Shown: positions 22,871-34,765 of the stretch, piece by piece
Position numbering within the stretch: position 1 is the stretch's first letter
Layout: each line of letters begins with the position of its first letter
Assembly (NCBI GenBank): GCA_038087875.1
Contig: JAXLNO010000407.1
Coordinates: 1 to 36,893 of the forward strand
Length of the DNA stretch: 36,893 nucleotides
Direction: 5' to 3'
Source of the DNA: Malacoraja senta
Lineage: Eukaryota
Notes under the pieces: generated by a model
Databases searched by the model: none
What the model was told of the DNA's origin: nothing
What the model saw: the letters and a program-made list of their open reading frames with translations, nothing else
Translations under genes and position numbers: made by a program

Positions 22871-24080
22871 CCATTAACCCCGTCCCATGCATCCCCTCCC
22901 CTAAAACCTCCCCTCCCCTGAGCCGATCTTGCACCAATCTCTCCCCTCCCCCTCCATTCCAACACACCTCGTCAATCCTCTAGCTTCACAATTCGCAACT
23001 CACTGATCCTTTTATTTCGCTCCTTGTACGTGATCATCTCTGGCCTTTGTCCAACCATCTGCCCATCACTAACCCGCCTCGCCTGTGTTCACCTATGACC
23101 TACCATGCTTTGTCCTGCCCCTCCACTCTTCTGGCTTCCTTCCTCCCACACCTGCAATCAGTCTGAAAAAGTGTCCAGACCCGAAACGCCACCTCTCCAT
23201 GCTTCCCAGGGATGCCACCCGCCCACTGAGTTACTCCAGCACTGTCTTTTTCCTCAGGAGCCTCTGATGTGCAGAGACATTATTCATAGGTTCAAGGAGC
23301 AGGATTAGACCATTCAGCCCATCGAGTCAACTGCGCCATTCAATCATGGCTGACCTTTCCTTCCCTCTCAACACCATTCTCCTGCTTTCTCCCCATAACT
23401 CTTGATAGCCCGACCCATGAAGTATCTATCACTCTCCACCTTAAAAATACCTTGAATGGGATGTGATTCGGCTATGAAAATGTGAGTCTTTCTATCTTTA
23501 AAAGCCATGGATTGGGTTAAATAGCCATCATCAGAGCATGTTTTGGTTGTAATTATCGATGTTAATTATTTAAAAAGTTGATGTAAATAATTGGAAAAAA
23601 ACCTAGTTAACCAAAACTAACCAACCAAAACGCATCAAAACAAGCACACCTCCATAAATACATTAAGTTAATTAATAAGATCTTTTGTCTTCCCATCCTC
23701 CAGGCCTGGAAACCAAATAAAGCCTCCAACTACATAACCAGGATGGAGATATGCTGGGGGACCACAATTTGCTGCTTTAATTATTTAAACTGTAAAGATT
23801 TTTATTTAGTGACCATTGTTAAATGGTAACACAATGCTGATAAAAACATAATAACACTTTCTTCTTTTGCATGCTTTTTTGCCCTCAATCATCCCTTTAT
23901 AGTCATACAGCATGGAAACAGACCCAACTTGCCCACGCCGACCACATTACATAATTATTCATCCACGGAGTATCAGGAGCCTTTAGTTTGTTCTTTTTAA
24001 TTACGTGAAACTAAAATAATTTTACCTAAATGTCTTCCAAAACGAGCTCAGCAAGTAGCCAAAAGAAGAATCATCGTCGG
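22871..24080. repeat. 1.2-kb direct duplication, copy 2
   Basis: Collinear with 18377-19588; ends exactly at the Gypsy 5' LTR. Confidence 0.96.
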
Positions 24081-24284
24081 TGTAGATGAGATATGCATGT
24101 GCCTTTAACATAGTGACCTCATACCTACTAACCACTCCCCATATCACAAGTATAACTACAACCTCCCCACCCACAGATCGCTCTCTAGTTCCTGTGACAG
24201 ACCACGTACAGCTATTGCAATGTATAATGATCCAGTATGAATAAAGATAGTAAAGTAACGATGCCTCGTTATCAATCCTTTACA
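24081..24284 (+). repeat. 5' LTR of element A
   Basis: TGTAGA...TTTACA; AATAAA at 24240. Confidence 0.96.
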
Positions 24285-24292
24285 TGGTGTCA
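24285..24292 (+). promoter_or_regulatory. Primer-binding site (TGGTGTCA, tRNA-Leu-like, short match)
   Basis: Immediately follows the 5' LTR. Confidence 0.65.
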
Positions 24293-24376
24293 AATAACTT
24301 ACCTTGCGCCTCCTGTTTATCGGTTTATCATTTATTTTGACCCAGTTTTTTGTTTCCCCCCCACCTGTTTCTTGTT

Positions 24377-27300
24377 ATGGCCTCTTCTGCCCGTAAGCCC
24401 GATGCGCTCGTTTTTGATTTCGACATCGCCCTTCGATGGGACATATTCAAACGTGACTTTGAACACTATTTCACGATTGCCCATCCTGGCGCCACGCCCG
24501 CTCTCAAAGCCTCCCTGCTTCTCAACTTGGCTGGTCCCGACGCCTTGACTCGCTCTGACTTCTTCGTCTACGCTGCTGGAGAAACAGCTCGGGACCCGGT
24601 ATGTCTGTTGGCTAAGTTTGACGCTATTTGTGACATTCCGACTAATTGCATTTTAGAACGTTTTAAACTGTTAGCGCGGCGTCAGCTCCCTTGGGGAATC
24701 TGCTGAGAACTATGTCATTGCGCTGCGGGACCTGGGCAGGCGCTGCCGCCTCGACACGTGGACCCCCGATAATGTCATCAGGGACCTTCTGGTTTACGGT
24801 CTCCGTGATGAGAAGCTCAGGTCCGAACTTCTTCGCAAGCCGGATTTGACCTTGACCGATGCCATGCACGCTACTCGCTTAGCTGACGCTGTTTCCGCGG
24901 CGGCGCCACCGGCTGAGCAGGCGATCAACTTTGCCAGCACTCCTAGTTATCTCATGAACGCACCCCAGTCGCGACCCCCGGGGTCGCTCGCTGCTCGAGG
25001 GGGACGCGCCCCGGGGTTCGGTGCTGCTACAAGGGGAGGCACCCAGCAAAGGTGCCCTAATTGCAACTTCACAACTCATCAGTTCAATGTATGCCCTGCT
25101 CTAGGGAAGACTTGCAATTCCTGCAATAAGTTGAACCATTTTGCTGCAGCTTGTCGTTCCCGTGGGAAGCCTGTCGCTGCTCGAAGGCAAAATTTAAACA
25201 ACCTTCTACAGTCGGATAATGAGCTCAGCTCCCAGCACTATTCCGATGAACATTCTGTTCCTACATCTAACTCCTCTCAGGGGGAGACCAGCTTGTTTAA
25301 CGTGGTGGACGCACCTGCTATGATAACGGATCCTTCTGTGCAAGTCACTGTGAACAACTCGACCTTCACGGCCAAAATCGACACTGGGGCGGTAACCAAT
25401 GTTATGTCAACAACCCTTTTCAACCAGATAAGAACTAATGAGCAGATATTTTCTCAGAGCTCAAACCTGCATGCCTACGGTGGGGAGATCCTTACTCCTG
25501 TGGGCAAGGCCACACTACACTGTAAGATACTGAAGACCACTCGGCCCCTCACCTTCTTTCTCTTCAATCGAAAATGCATTCCCCTGCTGGGGATCCAGGC
25601 ATGCCAGGAAATGGGGCTGGTGTCCTTCCACCGGGACATCCACCAGGTGCAGGCTCTTATGGACCCGCTGGCCGACTATCCCGACCGCTTTGATGATAAG
25701 CTAGGCAAACTGCCCTGCAGCTACAAGATTGAAGTGGACCATAAGATCGTTCCTGTGGTCCATGCTCCTCACCGTATCTCCTTCGCCATGAGGGACAAAG
25801 TGGAGGCGACCCTACACAGTATGGTACAAATGGGCGTCCTAAAAGCGGTCGTCGAGCCCACCAGCTGGGTCTCTTCCATGGTTGTTGCTGCTAAAAAGGA
25901 CATGAGTGAGATACGCATCTGCATCAACCCCAGAGACCTCAACCTGGCCATTCGGCGCCCTCACAACCTTATGAGAACGGTGGAAGACGTCGCTGCACAG
26001 GTTGGTCCAGCAACGGTTTTTTGGTCCTCGATGCCAAAAGCTCATTCTGGCAGATACCACTGGACGAGCGGTCGTCCATTTTGACAACTTTCGCCACCCC
26101 CTACGGAAGGTTTCGGTTCCTCCGAATGCCCTTCGGAATCAACTCTGCCAGCGAGGTATTCCAGCGAACCATGGAACAGTTGTTTTCAGATCTGCCTTGC
26201 GCCATAATTGTTGACGACATCCTCGTTTACGGTAAGGATGTTGCCGAACACGATGTCAACCTCCGCCTGATCCTGGACCGGGCCAGGCAAATCAACTTGA
26301 AACTGAACCCCAAGAAGTGCCGATTCCGCGTCTCGGAAGTCACCTATGTTGGACATGTATTCACCGCTGAGGGGCTAAAGCCAGACCCGCAGAAAACGGC
26401 TGCCATCTCAGGGATGCCCCCTCCTACTAACGTGGCAGGCCTGCAACGCTTCCTCGGCTTGGTAAACTACCTGGGGAAGTTCATCCCCGACCTCAGCGAG
26501 CTCAGCGCTCCCCTGAGGGATCTGATCAAAAAGGACACGTCCTGGCTTTGGTTACCCAACCATCAGAAGGCATTTGACATTCTTAAGTCTAAGCTGATCA
26601 GCACACCCACGCTCAAGTTCTTTGACCTGCAGCGTCCCATTGTCCTCACCTGCGACGCCTCTCAGTTCGGACTCGGTGCCGCCTGTCTCCAGGTCCATGA
26701 CGGCCTGCAGCTGCCTGTCTCCTTCGCGTCCCGCACCATGATCGCCACCGAACAGCACTACGCGCAGATCGAGAAGGAGCTACTGGCCGTGGTGTTTGCC
26801 TGCTCCAAATTCCGGGACTACATCATGGGCAACACTTTCACCGTTGAAACTGACCATCAACCACTTGTTACCATCCTCAACAAACCGATCCATGTGGCCT
26901 CATCACGTCTGCAGCGCATGCTGCTGCAGCTCCAGCGTTTCACGTTCACGGTGGTTTATCGTAAGGGCAAGGACATGTTCGTAGACGACACGTTGTCTCG
27001 CGCCCCGCTGACGTCCACTGCTCGCCACCAATACGAAATGTCTGAGTTACTAGTACTACGATTGAACTTCGTCCCCTCGCCACAGATGAAGTCCCTGGTT
27101 GAACACACTACCAACGACCCTGCCCTGCAACAGCTGTCTGCCGTCATCCGGCAGGGCTGGCCTGACCGTCGCTCGGCACTGCCGGCTGGAGCCGTGCCCT
27201 ACTTCCTGATCCGGGACGAGCTCGTACTGCACGACGGCGTGGTGGTGAAGGGTCACAAGGTGGTCGTGCCCGCGGCGCTGCACGACCACTATTTTCAAGT

Positions 27301-28549
27301 CGCTCACCGCGGTCATCCTGGGGCCGAAGCCACCGTGTCTCTCGCCAGGAGCCAGTTCTATTGGCCGGATATGGCCAAATACATCCGGGAGAAGGTCTCC
27401 TCGTGTTCCACCTGCAACAGCCTCGCCCCCCACCAGCAGCGTCAGCCGCTTCTGCAGCAGCCCGCGCCCGAACTGCCCTGGATGGCGCTTGCCGCTGACA
27501 TTTTCGAGTGGCGGGGCAAACATTTCCTGGTTCTCGTTGACTCCTACTCCAGCTGCTTTGTGGTCGACCGGCTGCATTCCATAACCTCTTCGGCCGTCAT
27601 CGACAGGTTGTACCCTCATTTTGGCACTTTTGGCCCCCCGGCAAGCTTGCAGTCGGACAATGGCAGCCAGTTCACGAGCTCCGAGTTTAAAGCGTTCGCT
27701 TCCAGATGGAACTTCCGCCATTTCACCAGCAGCCCGGAGTACCCGCAAAACAACGGTTTGGCCGAGCGCGCAGTCCGCAGCGCGAAGCACCTGTTGGAAC
27801 AGTGTGGTGGCATCAACTCCGACTTCCATCTGGCCCTCCTCAACCTCCGCAACATTTCCCGTGACTCTGCCATGGGTTCACCTGCTCAGCGGCTCATGTC
27901 TCGCGCTACCAGACTCCCGCTCCCTGTGGCCCAGCGCTCCCTCATACCCTCCATCCTCCCACCTGCGGCGGTTCAGAAACGCATTGCCTTCAGGCACGAC
28001 GTCCAAAAGCGTTCCCATGACAGGTCCTGCCACCCGCTGCCGCGCCTCTTCCCCGGTCAAGTTGTCCGTATGCAGACCGCTCCCGGTCACTCCAAGCTCG
28101 CTACCGTCGTCGGCTCTGCGGGGTCGCCCAGGTCCTATCTCGTCGACCACGCTGGAGCCATTTACCGACGGTCCCGCCAGCACCTTCGGCTCGTCAACGA
28201 GCCGCGTCCTCCTGCCGCGGATCCCTTTGCTCCCCCACTGCCTGTTTCGCGTCAGGGCGTTGCTCTGCCCGTCCTTCCTGACATGCAACGTTCTGCTCCT
28301 CCTCAGCCCCTTCCGTTCCACCCCACTCCGACTAGTCCTCGCTCGCCTGCCCGCGCTCTTCCCGGTCCTGATCTCGCATCACCTCCAGGTTTGGTGCCGC
28401 GGTCTCCTCCGTCTCCTCCCGTTTCCCCCTTTCAGGTTCGTCTGTCCCCGCCGGTGCCTCTTCCTCCTGCAGGAAGGGTGGATGGCGAGACGCGAACCCG
28501 GGCGGGACGTCTTGTCAAACCGCCTGACCGCTATGGCGATTTTGTTTAA
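24377..28549 (+). pseudogene. gag-pol polyprotein with two single-base frameshifts (~24690, ~26020)
   Basis: MASSARKP start; CNSCNKLNHFAAAC knuckle; KIDTGA protease; IVDDIL RT; CDAS RNase H; HRGHPG..CSTC and D..SDNG..AERAV integrase. Confidence 0.93.
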
Positions 28550-28606
28550 CTATCCTAGCGCATGAGCCGTGGTCGCCATGTCACCATTGTATTTGCCTGT
28601 CGTTTC

Positions 28607-28618
28607 GAAGAGGAAAGA
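28607..28618 (+). promoter_or_regulatory. Polypurine tract of element A
   Basis: gaagaggaaaga directly before the 3' LTR. Confidence 0.85.
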
Positions 28619-28822
28619 TGTAGATGAGATATGCATGTGCCTTTAACATAGTGACCTCATACCTACTAACCACTCCCCATATCACAAGTATATCTACAAC
28701 CTCCCCACCCACAGATCGCTCTCTAGTTCCTGTGACAGACCACGTACAGCTAGTGCAATGTGTAATGCTCCAGTATGAATAAAGATAGTTAAGTAACGAT
28801 GCCTCGTTATACACTCTTTACA
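28619..28822 (+). repeat. 3' LTR of element A
   Basis: 204 bp; 9 mismatches to the 5' LTR by manual count. Confidence 0.96.
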
Positions 28823-29959
28823 ACCAGCAGCCCTGAATACCCGCAGAGCAACGGCCTTGCAGAGCGCGCCGTCCGCAGTGCCAAGGAGCTGCTGGAACAT
28901 TGCAGACTATCGCATTCGGATTTTTATCTGGCTCTACTGAATCTCCGAAATATTTGTCGCGACCATGCCATGGGCTCACCCGCTCAACGGCTCATGTCCC
29001 GCACAACTCGCCCTCCTATCCCTGTCTCCCAGCGATCCCTACAGCCCGCAGTCCGCAGCCCTGCTGCTGTCCAGGAGCGCATTACCCAGAAACAGGTCGT
29101 CCAGAAGCGCTCCCACGACAAATCATGCCGTCCCCTTCAGCCCCTCTTCAAGGGTCAGGTCGTCCGGATGCAGTCCACCTCCGGACACCACCGACTGGCT
29201 GTTGTCATCGACTGTGCAGACTCTCCGCACTCTTACCTAGTTGACTACGAGGGCACCATCTACCGCCGGTCCCGCCAGCATTTGCTGCCAGTCAACGAGC
29301 CAGCTCCGCCTCCCGCAGTCCCTTTTGCTCCCGCGGTTGCCACCTCGTTGCCTACCGCTCCTCCCATGCCCAGGACTCTGCCCTCGCGACCCTTGGTGCC
29401 CCGTTCTCCCGCTGCTCCTCCTGCCCCCCCCCCATCAAATCTCTCCCGCTCGCTTGCCGTTGCGGTGCCCGTTTCTCCTCCCTGGTCTCCTCGTCCTCCC
29501 TCTCCTGCTCATTCTCCTCTCGGATCCCCTATCGCCCCTCCTGCTACTGTACCTGCTCTTCCTTCGGAGGGGGGGAAGGCGGGCTGCGTAGCATCTCCGG
29601 GCGTCTGGTCAAGCCGCCTGAACGTTACGCGGAGTTTGCTTGAATGTTTCAAGTTTTTTCCTGACGATGTACGCGCGGATTTGTGTCTAGCGTATGAGTC
29701 GTGGTCTCACTGTCATCATTGTAATGTTTCCCTTTTCAAGGGGAAGGATGTAGAGCCGTGCATGTTCCTTTAACATAATGACATCACCACTACTAACCAC
29801 TCCCCATTAACTTCAGTATAATTGTAACCTCCCCACTCCTAGCTCGCTCTCTAGCTCCGGTAACGGACCACGAACAGCTAGGGCAATATGTGTGTATACG
29901 ACTACAATGTATGCAATAAACTAAGAGTGAAGACACTGCGTGTTTGACAAGTCTTTACA
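28823..29959 (+). mobile_element. 3' remnant of related Gypsy element B (integrase C-half, PPT, 3' LTR 29749-29959)
   Basis: TSSPEYPQSNGLAERAVRSAK...; PPT aaggggaagga; 211-bp TGTAGA..TTTACA LTR related to, but distinct from, A. Confidence 0.93.
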
Positions 29960-31183
29960 GTTAAGAGGGGGTTGGAGGGGTTTCGAGGGCGTTAGAGGGG
30001 TTTAGAGGCGGTTGGAGTGCGGTTAGAAGTTTTTAAGCGGTTTAAAAGGGCAGGCGTGTTTTGAGCGGTTCAGATGGGCTTAGAGGGGTTTAGAAGGGTT
30101 TAAAGGTGTTTGGAGGGGTTTTGCGGGGTTTCGAATGATTAAGAGGGGTTTAAAGGTATTCCGGATGGTTTCGAGGGGTTTAACGTGGATTACAGAGTGT
30201 TAGAAAGATTTAGAGCTTTTTCAATGGGTTTAGAGGGGTTTTCTGGGGTTCAGAGGGCTTTAGATTTATAGAGGGCTTTCGCGGGGTTTAGAGGGGTTTA
30301 GAGTGATTTTGATTGGTGTTGGATGATTTTAGATGGGTTTTGAGGGGGGTTTAGAGGTATTTCGATGAGTTTAAAGTGGGTTTGAGGGGTTTAGATGGGT
30401 TTTGATGGGTTTAGTGGTGTTTGGAGGTTTAGAGGGCTAGATGAGCTAAGAGGGACAGAGGGGTTAGAGTGATTCAGAGGGGCTTAGAGGGTTTTAGAGG
30501 GTCTTAGAGGGATTCGACTGGTTTAGAAGGGTTTATAGGGGTTTAGAGGGGTTTAGAGGTGGTTAGTGGGGCTCAGAGGGGCAGAGGTTTTGGAGGGGTT
30601 TATATAGAGTTAGATGGATTTCGATGGGTTACGCGAGATTTAGAGCGGTTTAGAGGTGTTGAGAGTGCGCTGGAGGGGTTAGAGGGAATTAGAGGTGTCC
30701 ATAGGAATTTAGAGGGGTTTAGAGGGCTTTAGACGTGTTTATAGTGCTTTAGAGGGGTTTAGAGGGGTTTAGAGGGATTTAGAGTGGGTTGGAGGGGTGT
30801 AGAGGTGTTTAGAGGGGGTATAGTGGGCTTAGAGGGGTTTAGACGGGTTTTAAGGCGTTTAGAGGGGTTTAGAGGTATTTAGAGATGTTTAGGTTTAGAG
30901 GGGTTCAGTGGTTTAGAAGTGGGCAGAGGGTGTAAGAGGAAGTTAGAGGGGTTTAGATAGATTCAAAGGGCTTCAGAGGGGTTCAGCGGGGTGTACATTG
31001 TGTTGGAGGGGTTTAGAGTGGGCTAGAGGGCGTTAGAGTGGTTTGGAAGGGCTTAGAGTGCGTTAGAGGGAGTTTGAGGGATTTCCAGGTGTTTAGAGGT
31101 GTTGAAAGGGATTTATTGTTTTGGAGGGGTTTAGAGGGGTTTGGATGCGTTCAGAGGGATTTAGTGGGCTTAGAGGGCTTTAG

Positions 31184-31952
31184 ATCTATCTTTTTATTTT
31201 ATTTTTGTCTAGTTAAATGTAGTTGTTTGTGTTTTTTATATAGTTTTTAACTGTGTATATGGGGGGGGGGGGGGGCGGGGGAAACTTTAAAAAATCTCTT
31301 CCCTGTATGGAGGACCCGACCTTTCTCTGTCGGGTCTCCGTTGTCGTAGGGGCCTAGCACCGTGGAGCCATCGTGGAGCTGGCCGAGTTCGGAGCGTGGA
31401 GAGCTGCGGTGACGCGCGGCTGTGACCCGACCCCGGAGATACGGAGGCTCCAGCCGCAGGTCTGGTGGACGGAGACATCGGGACCTCGCGGGTCCCTGGT
31501 GGGAGACCGCTTTTCGGGGCTTCCGCATCGGCAACTTCTCCCGCCCGAGTTGCGGGGTTGAAGATGACCTGGAGCGGGGTCTTGCATCGCCCGGCGCAGC
31601 GTTGGTGGCCGCGGGACTTGCTGTCGCTACCGGGGGCTCCAACATCAAGACCCGGAGCACGGCCTTGCATCGCCCGGTGCAGCTTTAATGGCCGCGGGAC
31701 TTATTTTCCATCGCCCGACGGGGGCTCTGACTCTGACATCGGGAGGAGAATGGGGTGTGCAGGGGAGAGATAAGACTTTGCCTTCCATCACAGCGAGGAG
31801 GAGATTCGCAGTGATGGATGTTTGTGTAAATTGTGTTGTGTCTTGGTTCTTTTTACTTGTTTGTATGGCTGCAGAGACCAAATTTCGTTTGAACCTCATT
31901 TGAGGTTTGAGGTTCAAATGACAATAAATGGTATTGTATTGTATTGTATTGT
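31184..31952 (+). mobile_element. Non-coding non-autonomous retroelement with Rex1-type tail
   Basis: Shares aagactttgcc.tccatcacag.gaggag with the 7795-8762 element; ends atttcgt-hairpin-atgacaataaa-(gtatt)n. Confidence 0.6.
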
Positions 31953-32048
31953 TTTGTAGATGTGTTTAGGTGCTTTAGATGGTATTTAAAGCGGTTTGGA
32001 GGGGTTAGAGGGTTGTTGAGTGGTTTCGAGGGATTTAGAGGGGTTTAG

Positions 32049-32079
<31 letters not shown>

Positions 32080-32506
32080 GATATACATTTCAAGATCCTC
32101 TATGTCTACAAAGCCCTCAATGGGCTTTCCCCCACCTACATTAAAAGTTTTCTCGCCCACCACTCCACCTCCAGGTCCCTCAGATCGGCAGACTTGGGGT
32201 TGCTGAATATCCCGCGGTCTAGTCATAAGCTCAGGGGCGACCGCGCCTTTGCGTTTGTAGCTCCTAGACTGTGGAACAGCATCTCCCTTCCCATCAGAAC
32301 TGCCCCCTCCATCGACTCCTTTAAGTCAAGACTAAAAACGTATCTATACACCCTAGCCTTTCTTGACTTCCTCTGGGCGAGGGCTATATGTATATATGTA
32401 GGTAATTTGTTTGTTTATAATATTCTTATAACAAATGTAAAGCACTTTGGCCAACGAGAGTTGTTTTTTAAATGTGCTATATCAATAAATGTGACGAATG
32501 TGTGAC
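32080..32506 (+). mobile_element. L2 LINE 3' fragment, preceded by (TA)n
   Basis: IHFKILYVYKALNGLSPTY...RSLRS...GDRAFAFVAPRLWNS; L2 tail tgtaaagcacttt...aaatgtgctat..aataaa. Confidence 0.88.
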
Positions 32507-32953
32507 TTAGATGGGTTTCGTTTTTTTTGGTGGGGTGGTTTGATGTGTTTAGAGTGCGTTAGTGGGGTTTAAAGGGGTTTAGAGGGGTTTTGATGGGTTT
32601 AGAGAGGTTTGGAGATTTAGCGGGCTAGATGAGCTTCGAGGGACAGAGGGGTTAGAGGGATTTAGAGGGGCTTAGGGGGTTTAGAGGGGTTTAGAGGGGA
32701 TTTGAAGGTTTCGAGGGGTTTAGAGAGAGTTAGAGTGATTTCGATGGGTTTAACGGGTTTAACGGGTTTAGAGCTGTTTAGAGGGATTTAGACTGCTTTG
32801 GAGGGGCTTAGAGGTGTTCAGAGGATTTAGATGAGTAGCGGGCTTTAGTTATTTTTAGCGCTTTAGAGTGGTTTAGAGAGGTTTAGGGGGATTTAGAGTG
32901 GTTTGGAGGGGTAGAGGGGTTTAGAGGGGTTTAAAGGTGTTTATAGTGGTTTA

Positions 32954-34650
32954 ACCGTATAACCATATAACGATATAACAATTACCATATAATATAACCA
33001 TATAACCATAACAGCACGGAAACAGGCCATCTCGGCCCTTCTAGTACGTTCCGAACACTTATTCTCCCCTAGTCCCATCTACCTGCACTCAGACGATAAC
33101 CCTCCATTCCTTTCCCGTCCATATCCCTATCCAATTTATTTTTAAATGATAAAATCGAACCTGCCTCCATCACTTCCACTGGAGGCTCACTCCACACAGA
33201 TACCACTCTCAAAGTAAAGTTGTTCCCCGTCATGTTACCCCTAATCTTCTGTCCCTTAATTCTCAAATCATGTCCTCTTGTTTGGATCTTCTCTACTCAC
33301 AATGGAAAAAGCTTATCCAATTTAATTCTGTTTATCCCTCTCATCCTTTTAAAGACCTCTATCAAGTCCCCCTTAACGTTCTGCGCTCCAATGAATAAAC
33401 TAACTTGTTCAACCTTTCTCTGTACCTTAGTTTCTGAAACCCAGGCAAAATTCTGTACAAGTTTAACATTACATCCCAACTTCTATACTCAATGATCTGA
33501 TTTATAAAGGCCAGCACACCAAAAGCTTTCTTTACCACCCAATCTACATGAGATTCCACCTTCAGGGAACTATGCACAGTTATTCCTAGATCCCTCTGTT
33601 CAACTGCATTCCTCAATTCGCTACCATTTACCATGTACGTCCTATTTTGATTTGTCCTGCCAAGATGTCGCACCTCACACTTATCAGCATTAAACTCCAT
33701 CTGCCATCTTTCAGCCCACTCTTCCAAATGGCCTAAATCTCTCTGCAGACTTTGAAAATCTACTTCATTTTCCACAACACCACCTTTCTTAGTATCATCT
33801 GCATACTTACTAATCCAATTTACCAAACCATCAACCAGATCATTGGTGTATATGACAAACAACAGTGGACCCAACACAGATCCATGAGGTACCCCACTAG
33901 TCACCGGCGTCCAACCTAACAAACAGCCATCCACCATTACTCTCTGGCATCTCCCATTCAGCCACTGTTGAATCCATCTTGCTACTCCACCATTAATACC
34001 CAACAATTGAACCTTCTTAACCAACCTTCCATGTGGAACCTTGTCAAAGGCCATACTGAAGTCCATATAGACAACATCCACCGCTTTACCCTCATCAATT
34101 TCCCTAGTAGCCTCTTCAAAAATTCAAGAAGAGTAGTCAAACATGACCTTCCAGGCACAAATCCATGTTGACTGTTTCTAATCAGACCCTGTTTATCCAG
34201 ATGCTTATATATATTATCTCTAATTATCCTTTCCATTAATTTGCCCCCACTGATGTCAAACTAACAGGTCTATAATTGTCAGGTTTACTCTTAGAACCCT
34301 TTTTAAACAATGGAACAACATGCGCAGTACGCCAATCCTCCGGCACCATTCTCGTTTCTAATGGCATTTGAAATATTTATGTCATAGCCCCTGCTATTTC
34401 TACACTAACTTCCCCCAATATCCTAGGGAATATCCTGTCAGGACCTGGAGACTTATCCACTTTTATATCTTTCATAAGTGTCTGTACTTCCGCTTATTTG
34501 AATCTAATAGATTCCATAGCTACTCTACTTGTTTCCCTTACCTCACATAATTCAATATCATTCTCCTTGGTGAATACCGAAGAAAATAAATTGTTCAATA
34601 TCTCCCCCATCTCTTTTGGCTTTTCAGATAGCTGTCCACTCTGACTCTCT
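32954..34650 (-). mobile_element. 5'-truncated degenerate CR1 LINE
   Basis: QHGFVPGRSCLT, YMDFSMAFDKVPH, SGVPHGSVLGP, KYADD; (aaccatat)n tail. Confidence 0.93.
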
Positions 34651-34765
34651 AAAGATTTATGTTTAGGGTGTTTTAGAAGGATAGAGAGCTTTAGAATGGT
34701 TTTGAGGGGGTTTAGAGGGGGTTGAGGGGGTTCGGGTGCTTTAGAAGGGGTTAGAGGGGGTTAGA

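Larger units (their letters stand above)
24081..28822 (+). mobile_element. Ty3/Gypsy LTR retrotransposon A (Mag-like), near full length
   Basis: 204-bp TG..CA LTRs, PBS, PPT, gag-PR-RT-RNaseH-IN order, no env. Confidence 0.97.

Noticed and set aside
27056..28565. Alternative-frame and antisense ORFs over the integrase
   Set aside because: Expected shadows of GC-rich coding sequence; no env-like features
29960..31183. True telomere array
   Set aside because: Unit is a degenerate 10-mer, not tandem TTAGGG
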